A stretch of 64,000 nt of DNA from an uncultured delta proteobacterium (GCA_963752595.1 CAVVYZ010000005.1:288001-352000), one strand, 5' to 3'. Shown: positions 41,552 to 51,273, numbered from the stretch's first letter. Numbers and translations are program-made. Notes: a model not told the origin generated them from the sequence alone.

Positions 41552-42949
41552 GTGGAACATTATGCCGGACATACGTTTTCGAGGTCTTCTTTCTCCTTGG
41601 AGGTTGATGTGGATCGTTATGCAATTATTAAGGAATCGATTCTCGCAAAGGTTCCTTCAGCTTCTGAAAGGGCTTTCATCGAACAGATTGACATCATGGA
41701 AGAGGACGGGACCGTTATTATTTTCTGCCCGAACAGTTTCTCGCAGAAATACTTGAGCAAGCAGTATAAGGACTCCATTGTCCAGAGCGTCAGGGCAGCG
41801 CTTGAACAGCCGGTGGACGTGCAGTTTCAGGTGAGACAGGGGGAGAAACCTGCTCAAGATACCTTTAGCCGGGAATACCCTGTCCAGATGACCCTGCCGA
41901 CCTTAAGCGCTCCATCTTCTCAGAACGGCCTCAACAGCAATTTCACCTTTGAAGAATTCATCGTGGGAAGATGCAATGCCTTTGCATATGAAGCAGCAAT
42001 GGCAGTCTCGGATGAAGGTATCAGCAAATACAATCCCCTGTACTTTTTCTCGGACATCGGGCTGGGGAAAAGTCACATCGCCCATGCCATCGGGAACCGC
42101 GTGGTCAGATCGAAAGAAAGCGTTTCCGTCAAGTACACAACTGCACGGGACTTCTCCCAGGACTATGTCCATTCCGTCCGGAACAATTGTTTGAACGACT
42201 TCAAAAACACTTACAACCCCGGAAAGCTCGACATCTTTTTCATCGACGACGTGCACATCTTCAAGAATAAGGAAAAAACCCAGATGGAGCTCTGTCATGT
42301 CCTGGATGATCTGATCAGTGCCGGCAAACAGGTTATCCTCTCCGGTTTCCGTCCTCCGTCATCCATGTCGCAGATCGATAAGGGACTTCGTTCAAGGTTC
42401 TCCTCAGGCCTCGTCATAGACCTCAAGCGCCCTGACAAGAATACCCGGGAGAAAATCGTACGCTCCAAGGCAAAGAAAACAGGTGTAACACTCCCTGAAG
42501 AGGTAGTGGAGTTCATCAGCACGAATGTGCTCAGCTCCATCAGGGAGCTCGAAAGCGCGGTCATGACCATCACTGCCATGGGCTCTCTCATGAAACGCCG
42601 GATTACTTTGGACCTTGCAAAAGAGCTCCTGGAAGGAACCCTGGAAAAGCAGCAGAAGATCACTATCGAGCTCATTCAGAACTTCATATCCAAGAATTTC
42701 TGTATTGCCAAAGATACCTTGATTTCTCCTTCCCGGAAAAAGGATATCGTTTATCCGAGGCAGGTGGCTATTTTCCTCTGCAGGCGCTATACCCGTGAGC
42801 CCCTTCAGAACATCGGAAACGCTTTCTTAAGAAAGCATTCATCCATCATCCACTCCCTCGAAACCATCGAGATCATGTACAAACAAAACCTCAAGGTAAA
42901 ACGGGAAATCGACTTTCTCATCGAAAAGTTCGAGTCCGAGACAGCGTAA
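41552..42949 (+). CDS. dnaA: DnaA-family protein, divergent orphan paralogue
   Basis: FTFEEFIVGRCN, YNPLYFFSDIGLGKSH, FIDDVH, LRSRFSSGL, IRELE, PRQVAIFLCR; all four DnaA domains present; no dnaN adjacent. Confidence 0.85.
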   Translation: MEHYAGHTFSRSSFSLEVDVDRYAIIKESILAKVPSASERAFIEQIDIMEEDGTVIIFCPNSFSQKYLSKQYKDSIVQSVRAALEQPVDVQFQVRQGEKPAQDTFSREYPVQMTLPTLSAPSSQNGLNSNFTFEEFIVGRCNAFAYEAAMAVSDEGISKYNPLYFFSDIGLGKSHIAHAIGNRVVRSKESVSVKYTTARDFSQDYVHSVRNNCLNDFKNTYNPGKLDIFFIDDVHIFKNKEKTQMELCHVLDDLISAGKQVILSGFRPPSSMSQIDKGLRSRFSSGLVIDLKRPDKNTREKIVRSKAKKTGVTLPEEVVEFISTNVLSSIRELESAVMTITAMGSLMKRRITLDLAKELLEGTLEKQQKITIELIQNFISKNFCIAKDTLISPSRKKDIVYPRQVAIFLCRRYTREPLQNIGNAFLRKHSSIIHSLETIEIMYKQNLKVKREIDFLIEKFESETA

Positions 42950-43058
42950 CGAGAGCTGCGATCAGGATTCGATAGTCAGGTTTCAAAACGAAGGTATGGC
43001 CGGAAGCCGCGATATTTTATTCAGGATGGGCCTGTTACTCTATAGGACCGGTACTCCT

Positions 43059-44345
43059 TTATTGTATATTCTTAATCCTGAACAACGGGTCCTGCTTTAT
43101 GCCCGCTGCCTCTCTGCTGAAGTCTCTGAAATTATCGACACCGGTAAAAAATTCGCGCATCATCACCACCCAGTAATACTGGCCTCTCCTGGTTAATCGC
43201 ATCTTCCCTCCTTCCCGGCGCACGCCGCCGGCAAGGAAAAAAAACAGAGCCTCGGGCCCGATCAGCCACCAGAGCGGGGCACTGAATCTCTTACGGAAGG
43301 ATTCCAGGTCCAGGGACAGGCCGAACAGGCCCATGAGGAAGGCGTATCCTGCCAATTCCCGAACGGAAAAGAGCTTTCTGGCAAACAGCGGAAACTTCCC
43401 CTGATCGATGAGCCTTCCATATGCCGGCAACGAAAACGTATTGGCATAGATCCCTCCGCCCACGAGACCGAACGCACCGCTGCCCGCACCCACATATTCA
43501 TCGTTCATGACGATATATTCATCGATCATGGATGTGCCCTTCTTTGAGAAGCACCAGGCAGAGCCGGGCTGATAGGCATCGTCCAGCCTGGAGAGGATGT
43601 GCTGAAAGAAGAGCTTTTCCTTCTTGTGCCTAACATTCCCCATGAGTGCCTTCATCCTGTTTCTCGTAATATCCGAGACCATGAGGGGGTAGAAGGTAAT
43701 CTGGTCAGGGCCGACATCCATTAGGGTATTGAGATCCTGCTCAAGCATCTCGATGCTCTGGATGGGAAAATTGTAGATCATGTCGGCATTGAGCGTATTC
43801 ACATAGCCTTTTGCCTCCGAAAGCTTCTGCTTCAAGGCCAGGCCGCTGCCGTACTTATCATATCTGCCCACGGATTTTAAGATACGGTTATCAAATGTCT
43901 GGATACCCACTGACACCCGCTTAACCCCTGCATCTGCAAGCCTTTTCAGGAGATGTGTATCCAGCCTGTCGGGATTTGTCTCAACAGAGACCTCCCCTGG
44001 AGAGAAATCCTTCTGAAGCGCATCGAGGAGACCGAGGAGCTCTTCAGGGAGGATCGTGGGCGTCCCTCCTCCGATATAGACTCCTGAGAAGGAATACCCC
44101 CTTTCGTGATACATCCTGAGCTCTTTTCTTAATGAATGGAAATATTCCCTCGCCTGCCCCTCGTGAAACTGCACCCGATGGAAAGAGCAGTACGGACAGA
44201 GTTCCGCACAGAATGGGATATGGATATAGAGATTGATAGGCCTGTCAGGTGCCGGAGGAGGCTCCAGGAGGCCGCTGTTTTCAAAGGTGAAGCATCCGGA
44301 GGTCTTGCGCTTTAATACCCATGCGATGAAATCTTCTATGATCAT
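43059..44345 (-). CDS. menK: HemN-like class C radical SAM enzyme, probable menaquinone methyltransferase (MenK/MqnK-like)
   Basis: LYIHIPFCAELCPYCSF, GGGTPT, QITFYPLM, C-terminal LTRRGQYYWVVMMREFF. Radical SAM/HemN-like is secure; the MenK assignment rests on recalled family motifs. Confidence 0.65.
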   Translation of the reverse strand: MIIEDFIAWVLKRKTSGCFTFENSGLLEPPPAPDRPINLYIHIPFCAELCPYCSFHRVQFHEGQAREYFHSLRKELRMYHERGYSFSGVYIGGGTPTILPEELLGLLDALQKDFSPGEVSVETNPDRLDTHLLKRLADAGVKRVSVGIQTFDNRILKSVGRYDKYGSGLALKQKLSEAKGYVNTLNADMIYNFPIQSIEMLEQDLNTLMDVGPDQITFYPLMVSDITRNRMKALMGNVRHKKEKLFFQHILSRLDDAYQPGSAWCFSKKGTSMIDEYIVMNDEYVGAGSGAFGLVGGGIYANTFSLPAYGRLIDQGKFPLFARKLFSVRELAGYAFLMGLFGLSLDLESFRKRFSAPLWWLIGPEALFFFLAGGVRREGGKMRLTRRGQYYWVVMMREFFTGVDNFRDFSREAAGIKQDPLFRIKNIQ

Positions 44346-44349
44346 GCCT

Positions 44350-44568
44350 CTACCGGAACATCCTTATGAGATAGAATAACACGCTGAGGATGATGCTGAT
44401 GAGAAGACAGGTCGTAATGGGGAAATAGATCCGGTAACCGGGCTTTACTATTCTGATATCTCCGGGAAGCTTCCCCAGCCAGGAAAGATTCCCTCCTGCA
44501 TAGAGAAATATCCCCGCTATCACAAATACGGCTCCAAACAGGATCAGGATCAAGCCGGCGTTTTTCAT
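44350..44568 (-). CDS. DUF2905 family small membrane protein
   Basis: LGKLPGDIRI...YFPITTCLLISIILS. Confidence 0.9.
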   Translation of the reverse strand: MKNAGLILILFGAVFVIAGIFLYAGGNLSWLGKLPGDIRIVKPGYRIYFPITTCLLISIILSVLFYLIRMFR

Positions 44569-44741
44569 GCACAGGTATATAGAGGAAACAGGGATAATAT
44601 TCAAGAAGGCAAGGCAAAGACACACGGCTTTGATTCCTCGAGAGTCGTATAGGGCTGCACTGTGCATTGCATGGCCGGATTTTCCATGATAAAGATCAAA
44701 ACGTACTGTGTACAGGGCGATTTGATCTTGGAGGGGGGATC

Positions 44742-45083
44742 ATGGCGGTACTTCATTTTTGTGACATTCCTGAGGAGACATCTTTAAAAGGGGCACGCGG
44801 CGTCAGTAAACGAACGCTCATCGGCAAGGATCAGTCAGCGCCGAATTTTTATTTGCGCCGTTTCCATGTCGAGCCGTTCGGAAACACACCCAGGCATACC
44901 CATCCATGGGAGCACGAGATCTATGTCCTTTCCGGGTGCGGTGAAGTAACCATAGCAGGAGAAAGCTCAGCACTGAAGGAGGGCATAGCCGTATTCATAC
45001 CCGGGGGTGCCGATCACCAGATTCGGGCTGGAGACAAGCCCCTGGAATTCATCTGTATCGTACCGGCGATCGAGGAAGCATAA
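44742..45083 (+). CDS. Cupin domain protein
   Basis: APNFYLRRF, HTHPWEHEIYVLSG, FIPGGADHQ, FICIVP. Confidence 0.9.
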   Translation: MAVLHFCDIPEETSLKGARGVSKRTLIGKDQSAPNFYLRRFHVEPFGNTPRHTHPWEHEIYVLSGCGEVTIAGESSALKEGIAVFIPGGADHQIRAGDKPLEFICIVPAIEEA

Positions 45084-45086
45084 CTC

Positions 45087-45740
45087 ATGATCCCGATACG
45101 GGATACGAGCGTATCACGAGGGTTTGCTCCAGCAACTGCGGTCATCATCCTCATTAACCTGATTGTCTTTTTTGAGGAACTGCGCGTAGGGGACCAGATC
45201 TTTCAGCTCTTCGCCGTCAGCCCCTTTGACATCTACCGCTACCTTACCAAGGGAACAGGCAATATACTCGCTATTAACTGGTCAATCCTGGTTTCAGCTT
45301 TCATGCATGCAGGGTACATCCACCTCCTGGGCAATATGATCTTCCTCTCGGTGTTCGGCCCGGCTTTGGAAAAAAAGATAGGGGTCATCCGATTCTCGCT
45401 GTTCTACCTTGCTGCAGTCTTTTTTGCTTTCTATACTCATACAATAGTATACACTTCATCATCGATACCGGTTGTAGGAGCATCCGGGGCCATCGCAGCC
45501 GTAATGGGTGCATACCTCGTCTTCAATCCCAAGGCAAAGATACTCACCATAATCCCGCTGCTGTTCTTCATCGAGGTCATTGAAATCCCCTCCGTGGTCT
45601 TCATCCTCGTCTGGTTCCTCTTGCAGGGGGCGAATGGATATTTGAGCGTTCACACCCATACTTCCATCGCATGGTTTTCCCATATCGGGGGCTTCATCAT
45701 GGGGCTTATCGTGGGGATCCAGATGAAATGGTTCAGATGA
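45087..45740 (+). CDS. Rhomboid family intramembrane serine protease
   Basis: MIPIRD, FMHAGYIHLLGNM, VGASGAI, AWFSHIGGF. Confidence 0.95.
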   Translation: MIPIRDTSVSRGFAPATAVIILINLIVFFEELRVGDQIFQLFAVSPFDIYRYLTKGTGNILAINWSILVSAFMHAGYIHLLGNMIFLSVFGPALEKKIGVIRFSLFYLAAVFFAFYTHTIVYTSSSIPVVGASGAIAAVMGAYLVFNPKAKILTIIPLLFFIEVIEIPSVVFILVWFLLQGANGYLSVHTHTSIAWFSHIGGFIMGLIVGIQMKWFR

Positions 45741-45975
45741 GCGGGATAAAAACCCGTATATCATATAAGAAGCAGTCCGAACTGCGTTGGAGCCTTTTCT
45801 GCCCCCTGGACATTGTATTTTTTCATAAAAAATTATGACAAAGGAAGTTTAAGGCATGATGAACTTGAATTACCAATTTGTAATCCCGTTGCGTCACCGG
45901 TTAGATAAACGAAACCCTCTCTCGGTCTTTCTGCTGCCCTATATGCATATATCTTCGCTAATTATGAATTTTTCG

Positions 45976-46003
45976 TAAAGATTCATTTTCATGCTCCCGA
46001 TAG
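45976..46003 (+). promoter_or_regulatory. Sigma-28/FliA-like promoter of ftsB-like-pilMNOPQ
   Basis: TAAA-N16-CCCGATAG (TAAAG start). Confidence 0.55.
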
Positions 46004-46014
46004 AGAGACTATGT

Positions 46015-46359
46015 ATGAGAAAGAGTCAAATATCAGACACAATCCGGTCTCTTGCAGAGACACTGTTCACTGCGGGGATGTCGCGGGCCTTACCCTATGC
46101 GCTGATCATGGTAATTATTCTGCTTTTAATATTTACCGTGCCTGGGGACAAAGGCTTGATAAGGAGTTATCAGCTCCATCAAGAGCTCGAGGATCTGCAG
46201 AGCCAGAATGTTATTTTGCGGAAGAAGAATCAGGTTCTCGCCCAGGAAGCGCTCATGTTGAGAGAAAATCTGGCATACATCGAGCATGTAATCATACAGG
46301 AAATGAATCTGGTCAAACCAGGAGATATTATCGTGGTTTTCAAAAAGGGAAAGAAATGA
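46015..46359 (+). CDS. Septum formation initiator (FtsB/DivIC-like)
   Basis: TM helix, GDKGL, coiled coil, YIEHVIIQEMNLVKPGDIIVVF; start uncertain (45991/46015/46078). Confidence 0.8.
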   Translation: MRKSQISDTIRSLAETLFTAGMSRALPYALIMVIILLLIFTVPGDKGLIRSYQLHQELEDLQSQNVILRKKNQVLAQEALMLRENLAYIEHVIIQEMNLVKPGDIIVVFKKGKK

Positions 46360-46374
46360 TCACGGGGTGAGGGA

Positions 46375-47433
46375 ATGTTTTTCGAAAAGAAGACATTATT
46401 AGGACTGGATATCGGATCTCAATCGATTAAAATGGTTGACGTTGCAAAGGTCCGGGGAGGCTATGAACTGAAATCCCTTGGCTTGGGGCTGATTCCTGCA
46501 GAATGCATCGTTGACAAGGACATCATGGATTCGGAAACCGTAGTTGATACCATAAAGAACTTGCGGGATAATCTCAAGATTCGCAGCCGGGGGACCGCGA
46601 GCGCCATTTCCGGCCATTCCGTTATCGTGAAAAAAGCGGAATTGCCACTCATGAGCGAGTCCGAGCTGCAGGAAACACTCATGATCGAAGCAGAGCAGTA
46701 CATCCCCTTCGACATCAATGATGTGTATCTCGATTCTTATATCCTTGGAGAGAGCCTGGAACGGTCTGACATGATGGATGTCCTCTTTGTAGCTTCAAAG
46801 AGGGAACTCGTGGATGATTATGCATCGGCCGTGAGGAATGCAGGTCTGAAACCCATGCTCATGGATATCGACGTATTCGCCTTGGAGACAATGTACGAGG
46901 TGAACTACCCCGATGCCCCGGAATCGATCGTTGCCCTTGTAGACGCCGGCGCGTCAATGATCAATATCAATGTGCTCAAAGACGGGATGTCGATTTTTGC
47001 GCGAGACATATCCATGGGCGGCCGTCAACTCACGGAACGAATACAGCGAGAATTCAGCGTGAGTTATGAAAGGGCGGAAAACATCAAGGTGGGCTCGGAT
47101 ATCGAGGGCATAGATCTCGAAAGGATAAACCATATCTTCAGAATGGCGGCTGAGACCTATGTACAGGAGATCCGCAGGACACTGGATTTCTTCCTCTCCA
47201 CCATGGTGAACGAGAATATAGAGCGGATCTACATGTCCGGCGGTTCCTGCAGGATACCGGGGCTGGTTAGCCTGCTGGGACGACAAATGGATATACCGGT
47301 CGAAATGGTAAACCCTTTCAATAATATCCGCTGGGACGATAAGATCTTTGATCCGGAATATATGGCCTACATCGCACCCCAGATGGCCGTGGCGGTGGGT
47401 CTTGCTTTAAGGAGGGCCGATTACAAATGGTAA
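46375..47433 (+). CDS. pilM: Type IV pilus assembly protein PilM
   Basis: GLDIGSQSIK, AEQYIPF, VDAGA, GGRQLT, MSGG, AVAVGLALR. Confidence 0.95.
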   Translation: MFFEKKTLLGLDIGSQSIKMVDVAKVRGGYELKSLGLGLIPAECIVDKDIMDSETVVDTIKNLRDNLKIRSRGTASAISGHSVIVKKAELPLMSESELQETLMIEAEQYIPFDINDVYLDSYILGESLERSDMMDVLFVASKRELVDDYASAVRNAGLKPMLMDIDVFALETMYEVNYPDAPESIVALVDAGASMININVLKDGMSIFARDISMGGRQLTERIQREFSVSYERAENIKVGSDIEGIDLERINHIFRMAAETYVQEIRRTLDFFLSTMVNENIERIYMSGGSCRIPGLVSLLGRQMDIPVEMVNPFNNIRWDDKIFDPEYMAYIAPQMAVAVGLALRRADYKW

Positions 47434-47960
47434 AGATCAACCTGCTCCCTATAAAATCGGAACTACGGCAAAAGGCCCTTATCGAGCACATTGTGCTTCT
47501 GTCCTTGTGTGTCGTTCTTATCTTTATCCTCTCCTGGTTTGTACAAACTTCGATCACAAATAAAAAAGAATCCCTCCAGCAAGAGATGACGAGTACGAAG
47601 CTCGAGATAGCGAAACTCACAGCCGAAGCAGGCGAAATCGAAAAGTTCAAACAACAGAAACAGGAACTGGAGAAAAAGCTCAATGTCATTAAAGATCTGA
47701 ATGCAAAGAAGTCCGGACCTGTGGAAATTCTTGACCAACTGAGCCTGCTCATCCCTGAGAAGGCATGGGTTACCTCGATGGAAAATGCCGGGAATAAACT
47801 CGTTCTCAACGGGGTGGCAGTAGACAACCCGACAATAGCTGCATTCATGAAGAGTCTCCAGGCCTCCTCCTATTTCGAAGGAGTAGAGCTCGAGCTCACT
47901 GAGCAACAGGGCATGAATCACAAGTTTACCATCAAGTGCCAGATAAAGCTGCCGAGCTGA
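47427..47960 (+). CDS. pilN: Type IV pilus assembly protein PilN
   Basis: N-terminal KINLLP, TM helix, coiled coil, IPEKAWVT. Confidence 0.93.
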   Translation: MVKINLLPIKSELRQKALIEHIVLLSLCVVLIFILSWFVQTSITNKKESLQQEMTSTKLEIAKLTAEAGEIEKFKQQKQELEKKLNVIKDLNAKKSGPVEILDQLSLLIPEKAWVTSMENAGNKLVLNGVAVDNPTIAAFMKSLQASSYFEGVELELTEQQGMNHKFTIKCQIKLPS

Positions 47961-47968
47961 GGTGATAT

Positions 47969-48589
47969 ATGAATCCTATTGATTTCATATTAAGACAAAA
48001 ACCAGCCATCAAGATACTCGCTCTCGTCTTCATTCTTGGGGCTATCCTGGGAGTATACTGGCAGGTCTTCTACAAGCCTGTGGTGGCAGAAATAAAGATC
48101 ATTGAGCCCGAACTCAATAAGCTCAAAATAGAGCTTTCCCAGAAGAGAGATATCGTAAAAGAAAAACCCAGGTATGAAGCAGAGCTCGAACAGACGAGGG
48201 CAGAGCTCCACATTGCCTTGAAACAGCTCCCGAACAAAAGCGAAATCCCCACCTTGCTGGAGAATATTTCCTCGCTGGGAATGTCTGCCGGATTGCAGTT
48301 CAAGCTCTTTAAGCCCAAGGGTGAGGTTCCGAAGAATTTCTATGCGGAGATACCGGTAGATATCAAGGTCGAAGGAAGGTACAGGGATATCGTCTCGTTC
48401 TTTGACGAGGTATCGAAGATGCCGAGGATAGTCAATATTTCCGATATATCGATGCAGAATATCACGAAAAGCGGTGGCGGGCCTCTATACTTAAGCACTT
48501 CCTGCAGTGCCACGACATATAAATTTATTGAAGAGACAGCAAAACCAAACGAAACGGCAAAACCAAACGAAAAAGGGAAAGCAAAATGA
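47969..48589 (+). CDS. pilO: Type IV pilus assembly protein PilO
   Basis: QLPNKSEIPTLL, FYAEIPV, MPRIVNI, ATTYKF. Confidence 0.93.
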   Translation: MNPIDFILRQKPAIKILALVFILGAILGVYWQVFYKPVVAEIKIIEPELNKLKIELSQKRDIVKEKPRYEAELEQTRAELHIALKQLPNKSEIPTLLENISSLGMSAGLQFKLFKPKGEVPKNFYAEIPVDIKVEGRYRDIVSFFDEVSKMPRIVNISDISMQNITKSGGGPLYLSTSCSATTYKFIEETAKPNETAKPNEKGKAK

Positions 48590-49107
48590 AAGGGTATCTA
48601 TCCGTACTTATCATAATCATGTCGGTAGCTGTCGTTTCATGCTCAAAGGGCAATAACCAGTCCCAGACCTCACCGGGAACCTCTTCCAATGCCGGTACCG
48701 CAAAGCAGGAAAAGGTAACACCCGTAATGGTACAGGAAGAGCAGAAGAAACCCGAGTACCAGGTAATCGGGATAAGGGACCCCTTCCAGCCGTTTTTGAC
48801 ATCACTGACAAAAGAAGATGAAATGAAGAAAGGTATTATCGATCCCCTCCAGAGGATCTCCCTTTCCCAGATCGGGATAGTAGGCGTCATTCTCGGGCAT
48901 GATAAACGCGCACTCATCCAGGAATCATCGGGGATGGGATATATCATCAAGGAAGGAAGCCTCGTGGGAGAGAACTCGGGGATCGTGACCGGGATTACAG
49001 CCGATGGGGTCACCATAAAACAACATTTCAAAGACTACATGGGGCGCGTGAATACACGGGAAATAGTGTTGTCGCTCAGGAAGGAAGAGGGGGTAACTGG
49101 AAAATGA
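48586..49107 (+). CDS. pilP: Type IV pilus assembly lipoprotein PilP
   Basis: Lipobox VVSC, RDPFQP, PLQRISLSQI. Confidence 0.9.
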   Translation: MKGYLSVLIIIMSVAVVSCSKGNNQSQTSPGTSSNAGTAKQEKVTPVMVQEEQKKPEYQVIGIRDPFQPFLTSLTKEDEMKKGIIDPLQRISLSQIGIVGVILGHDKRALIQESSGMGYIIKEGSLVGENSGIVTGITADGVTIKQHFKDYMGRVNTREIVLSLRKEEGVTGK

Positions 49108-50954
49108 ACAAGAAAATCATCCATACTGTAATAATCGGCCTATTGTTGATGCCCGCATGTGGGTTTGGGCTGACCATACAGAGCGTTGATTTCATGACGG
49201 TCGAGAATAAATCAAGGCTCCAGATCGGTCTCGACGGGAAGGCCGCCTTTGATGTGACACGCACAGGAGACAAGCTTATCCTCCGAATTGATAATGCAAA
49301 AATACCGAAAAATCTCGCGCGTCCCTTTATCACATCGGAATTCGAGACCGCTGTCAAAGAGTTCCTCCCGAAGCAGAAGGGAAAGGATGTCCTGTTCGAT
49401 GTAACCATGAAAAAGGTTGTCCCGTATTTCGTATCCCAGGACAAATCAGTCCTTATTATGGATTTTGATATTCCCGATTGGGCAAGGAAAGCAAATCAGG
49501 AAACAAAAAATCAGGCCGTAACCGTTCAGCAGGCAAGTACGACCAAACAGGTGGCCCAGCTCATGGGTAAAGAGAAGCAAGCCCCTTCACAGGCAAAAGG
49601 AGCTTTCCTGTCTGCAAAATCAAATGACTTCATCAACGAATCAACCAGGGAACCAAAGTATATAGGAGAGCGCATATCGCTCGATTTCCAGAATGCGGAT
49701 ATTCACAATGTCTTGAGGATCATTGCTGACGTCAGCGGCCTCAATATCGTTACATCAGATGAAGTAAAAGGCAACATCACCATCAGGCTCAAAGACGTCC
49801 CTTGGGATCAGGCTCTCGATGTCGTGCTGGAAAGCAAAGACCTCGGAAAGATGGAAGTGGGCAATGTGGTGAGGATAGATGCCGCAGAAAAGATTAAAAA
49901 GGCACAGGAAAGAAAACTCGAATCCCTGAAAACCGAAGAGCAGCTCGAGCCCCTCGTCACTTCCGTTATCCCTGTGAATTTTGCAAAGTCCTCTGAAGTC
50001 GCAAAAACGATCAAAGGCAAGGAAGTGGGCCTGGTATCCGACCGGGGCAGCATTACTGCAGAAGACAGAACAAATGTTCTCATTGTAAAAGATATCAAGA
50101 AAAATGTCGATGATATCAATGCGATGATCAAACGTCTTGACAAGGCGACACCCCAGGTACTCATCTCCGCACGGATCGTACAGGCAGACGATGACTTCAC
50201 CAGAGGCCTCGGAGTCCAGTGGGGAGGTTCATGGAGAAACCAGTCGGACAGGACACATTTCGGTCTCACAGGCGTCAATTCCGGAGCTGCAAGGGATCTC
50301 TTCAGCTCAACGACCACTCCGGGAGGTAGTCCCACCTGGTCCACATCGGTCGTTCCAAGCCCGTCTCTTGCAGTCAACTTCCCGACCAACCAGGCGGCAG
50401 GATTCGGCATTTCTGTTGGAAGGCTTGCAGGGTCATCCTTTGATCTCGATCTCAGACTGGATATCGGCGAGTCGATAGGAAATGCAGAGGTAATTGCACG
50501 GCCGAAGATCGTTACCATGGACAACAAAAAGGCCACGATCCGCCAGGGCGAGAAATATCCTTACATTGTAAGGGATAAGGATGGGCAGCTCTCCACAGAG
50601 CTCAAGGACATCGAGCTGGTCCTTGAAGTGACACCGCGCATTGCCTTTGATGGCAGCGTCAATATGGAGATCTCGGTAAAAAGGAATGCGCTCGGCTCCA
50701 TCAAGAACGCGCTGGGAGATCCGAGTATCTCCTCCCGTGAAGCACAGACAGAGGTGCTCGTGAGGAACGGGGAGACTTCGGTCATCGGCGGGATCATCGA
50801 AGAAGAGGTACGCCAGAATATCAACCAGGTACCCTTCCTCGGGAGATTACCCGTCGTAGGCTTCCTCTTCAGGGGAAAGACCATCGACAAATCCAAAAAA
50901 GAGCTACTGATCTTCATTACACCCCAAGTGCTCGAACCGGTGGCAATTAAATAA
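49104..50954 (+). CDS. pilQ: Type IV pilus secretin PilQ
   Basis: AMIN-like N-terminus, ISLDFQNADI, VPWDQALD, DRTNVL, QVLISARIV, VPFLGRLPVVGFLF, ELLIFITP. Confidence 0.96.
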   Translation: MNKKIIHTVIIGLLLMPACGFGLTIQSVDFMTVENKSRLQIGLDGKAAFDVTRTGDKLILRIDNAKIPKNLARPFITSEFETAVKEFLPKQKGKDVLFDVTMKKVVPYFVSQDKSVLIMDFDIPDWARKANQETKNQAVTVQQASTTKQVAQLMGKEKQAPSQAKGAFLSAKSNDFINESTREPKYIGERISLDFQNADIHNVLRIIADVSGLNIVTSDEVKGNITIRLKDVPWDQALDVVLESKDLGKMEVGNVVRIDAAEKIKKAQERKLESLKTEEQLEPLVTSVIPVNFAKSSEVAKTIKGKEVGLVSDRGSITAEDRTNVLIVKDIKKNVDDINAMIKRLDKATPQVLISARIVQADDDFTRGLGVQWGGSWRNQSDRTHFGLTGVNSGAARDLFSSTTTPGGSPTWSTSVVPSPSLAVNFPTNQAAGFGISVGRLAGSSFDLDLRLDIGESIGNAEVIARPKIVTMDNKKATIRQGEKYPYIVRDKDGQLSTELKDIELVLEVTPRIAFDGSVNMEISVKRNALGSIKNALGDPSISSREAQTEVLVRNGETSVIGGIIEEEVRQNINQVPFLGRLPVVGFLFRGKTIDKSKKELLIFITPQVLEPVAIK

Positions 50955-50965
50955 GAAAGCCTATC

Positions 50966-51005
50966 GCATACATCGTGCCCTTCCTCAAAGGGGCACGATG
51001 TATGC
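50966..51005 (+). terminator. 15-bp perfect stem-loop after pilQ
   Basis: GCATACATCGTGCCC-N10-GGGCACGATGTATGC. Confidence 0.6.
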
Positions 51006-51071
51006 AAAGTTATCTATAAAAACCCTTCTCTATTCCCAAAACACCTTTCGCGTGACGCGCAAATTTATGAA

Positions 51072-51206
51072 GTACCCCACGGCCAAGTTACCGGGTATCA
51101 GAATTTTTTATTCTACACTCTCTCCTATATCCTCTCACGACCAGCTTTGCGGGTGCTCCGGGGGAGAGGAAGAAGAGGTACCCGTTAAGCCAAGCTGCCG
51201 GGAATC
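51072..51206. repeat. Degenerate pair of REP/MITE-like palindromic units flanking a purine/pyrimidine stem
   Basis: GTACCCCACGGCCAAGTTACCGGGTATC (51072) and GTACCCGTTAAGCCAAGCTGCCGGGAATC (51178) are related direct repeats; CCTCTC/GAGAGG arms lie between them. Confidence 0.45.
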
Positions 51207-51273
51207 TCCTGATTGACAGAACTACTTTATAATTACTATATGGTATTTATCTATCTCAAGAGGAGAATTACGT

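Noticed and set aside
48533-48568. 18-bp tandem repeat (ETAKPN x2) at the PilO C-terminus
   Set aside because: Real, but only two copies in a disordered tail; not CRISPR-like and probably neutral.
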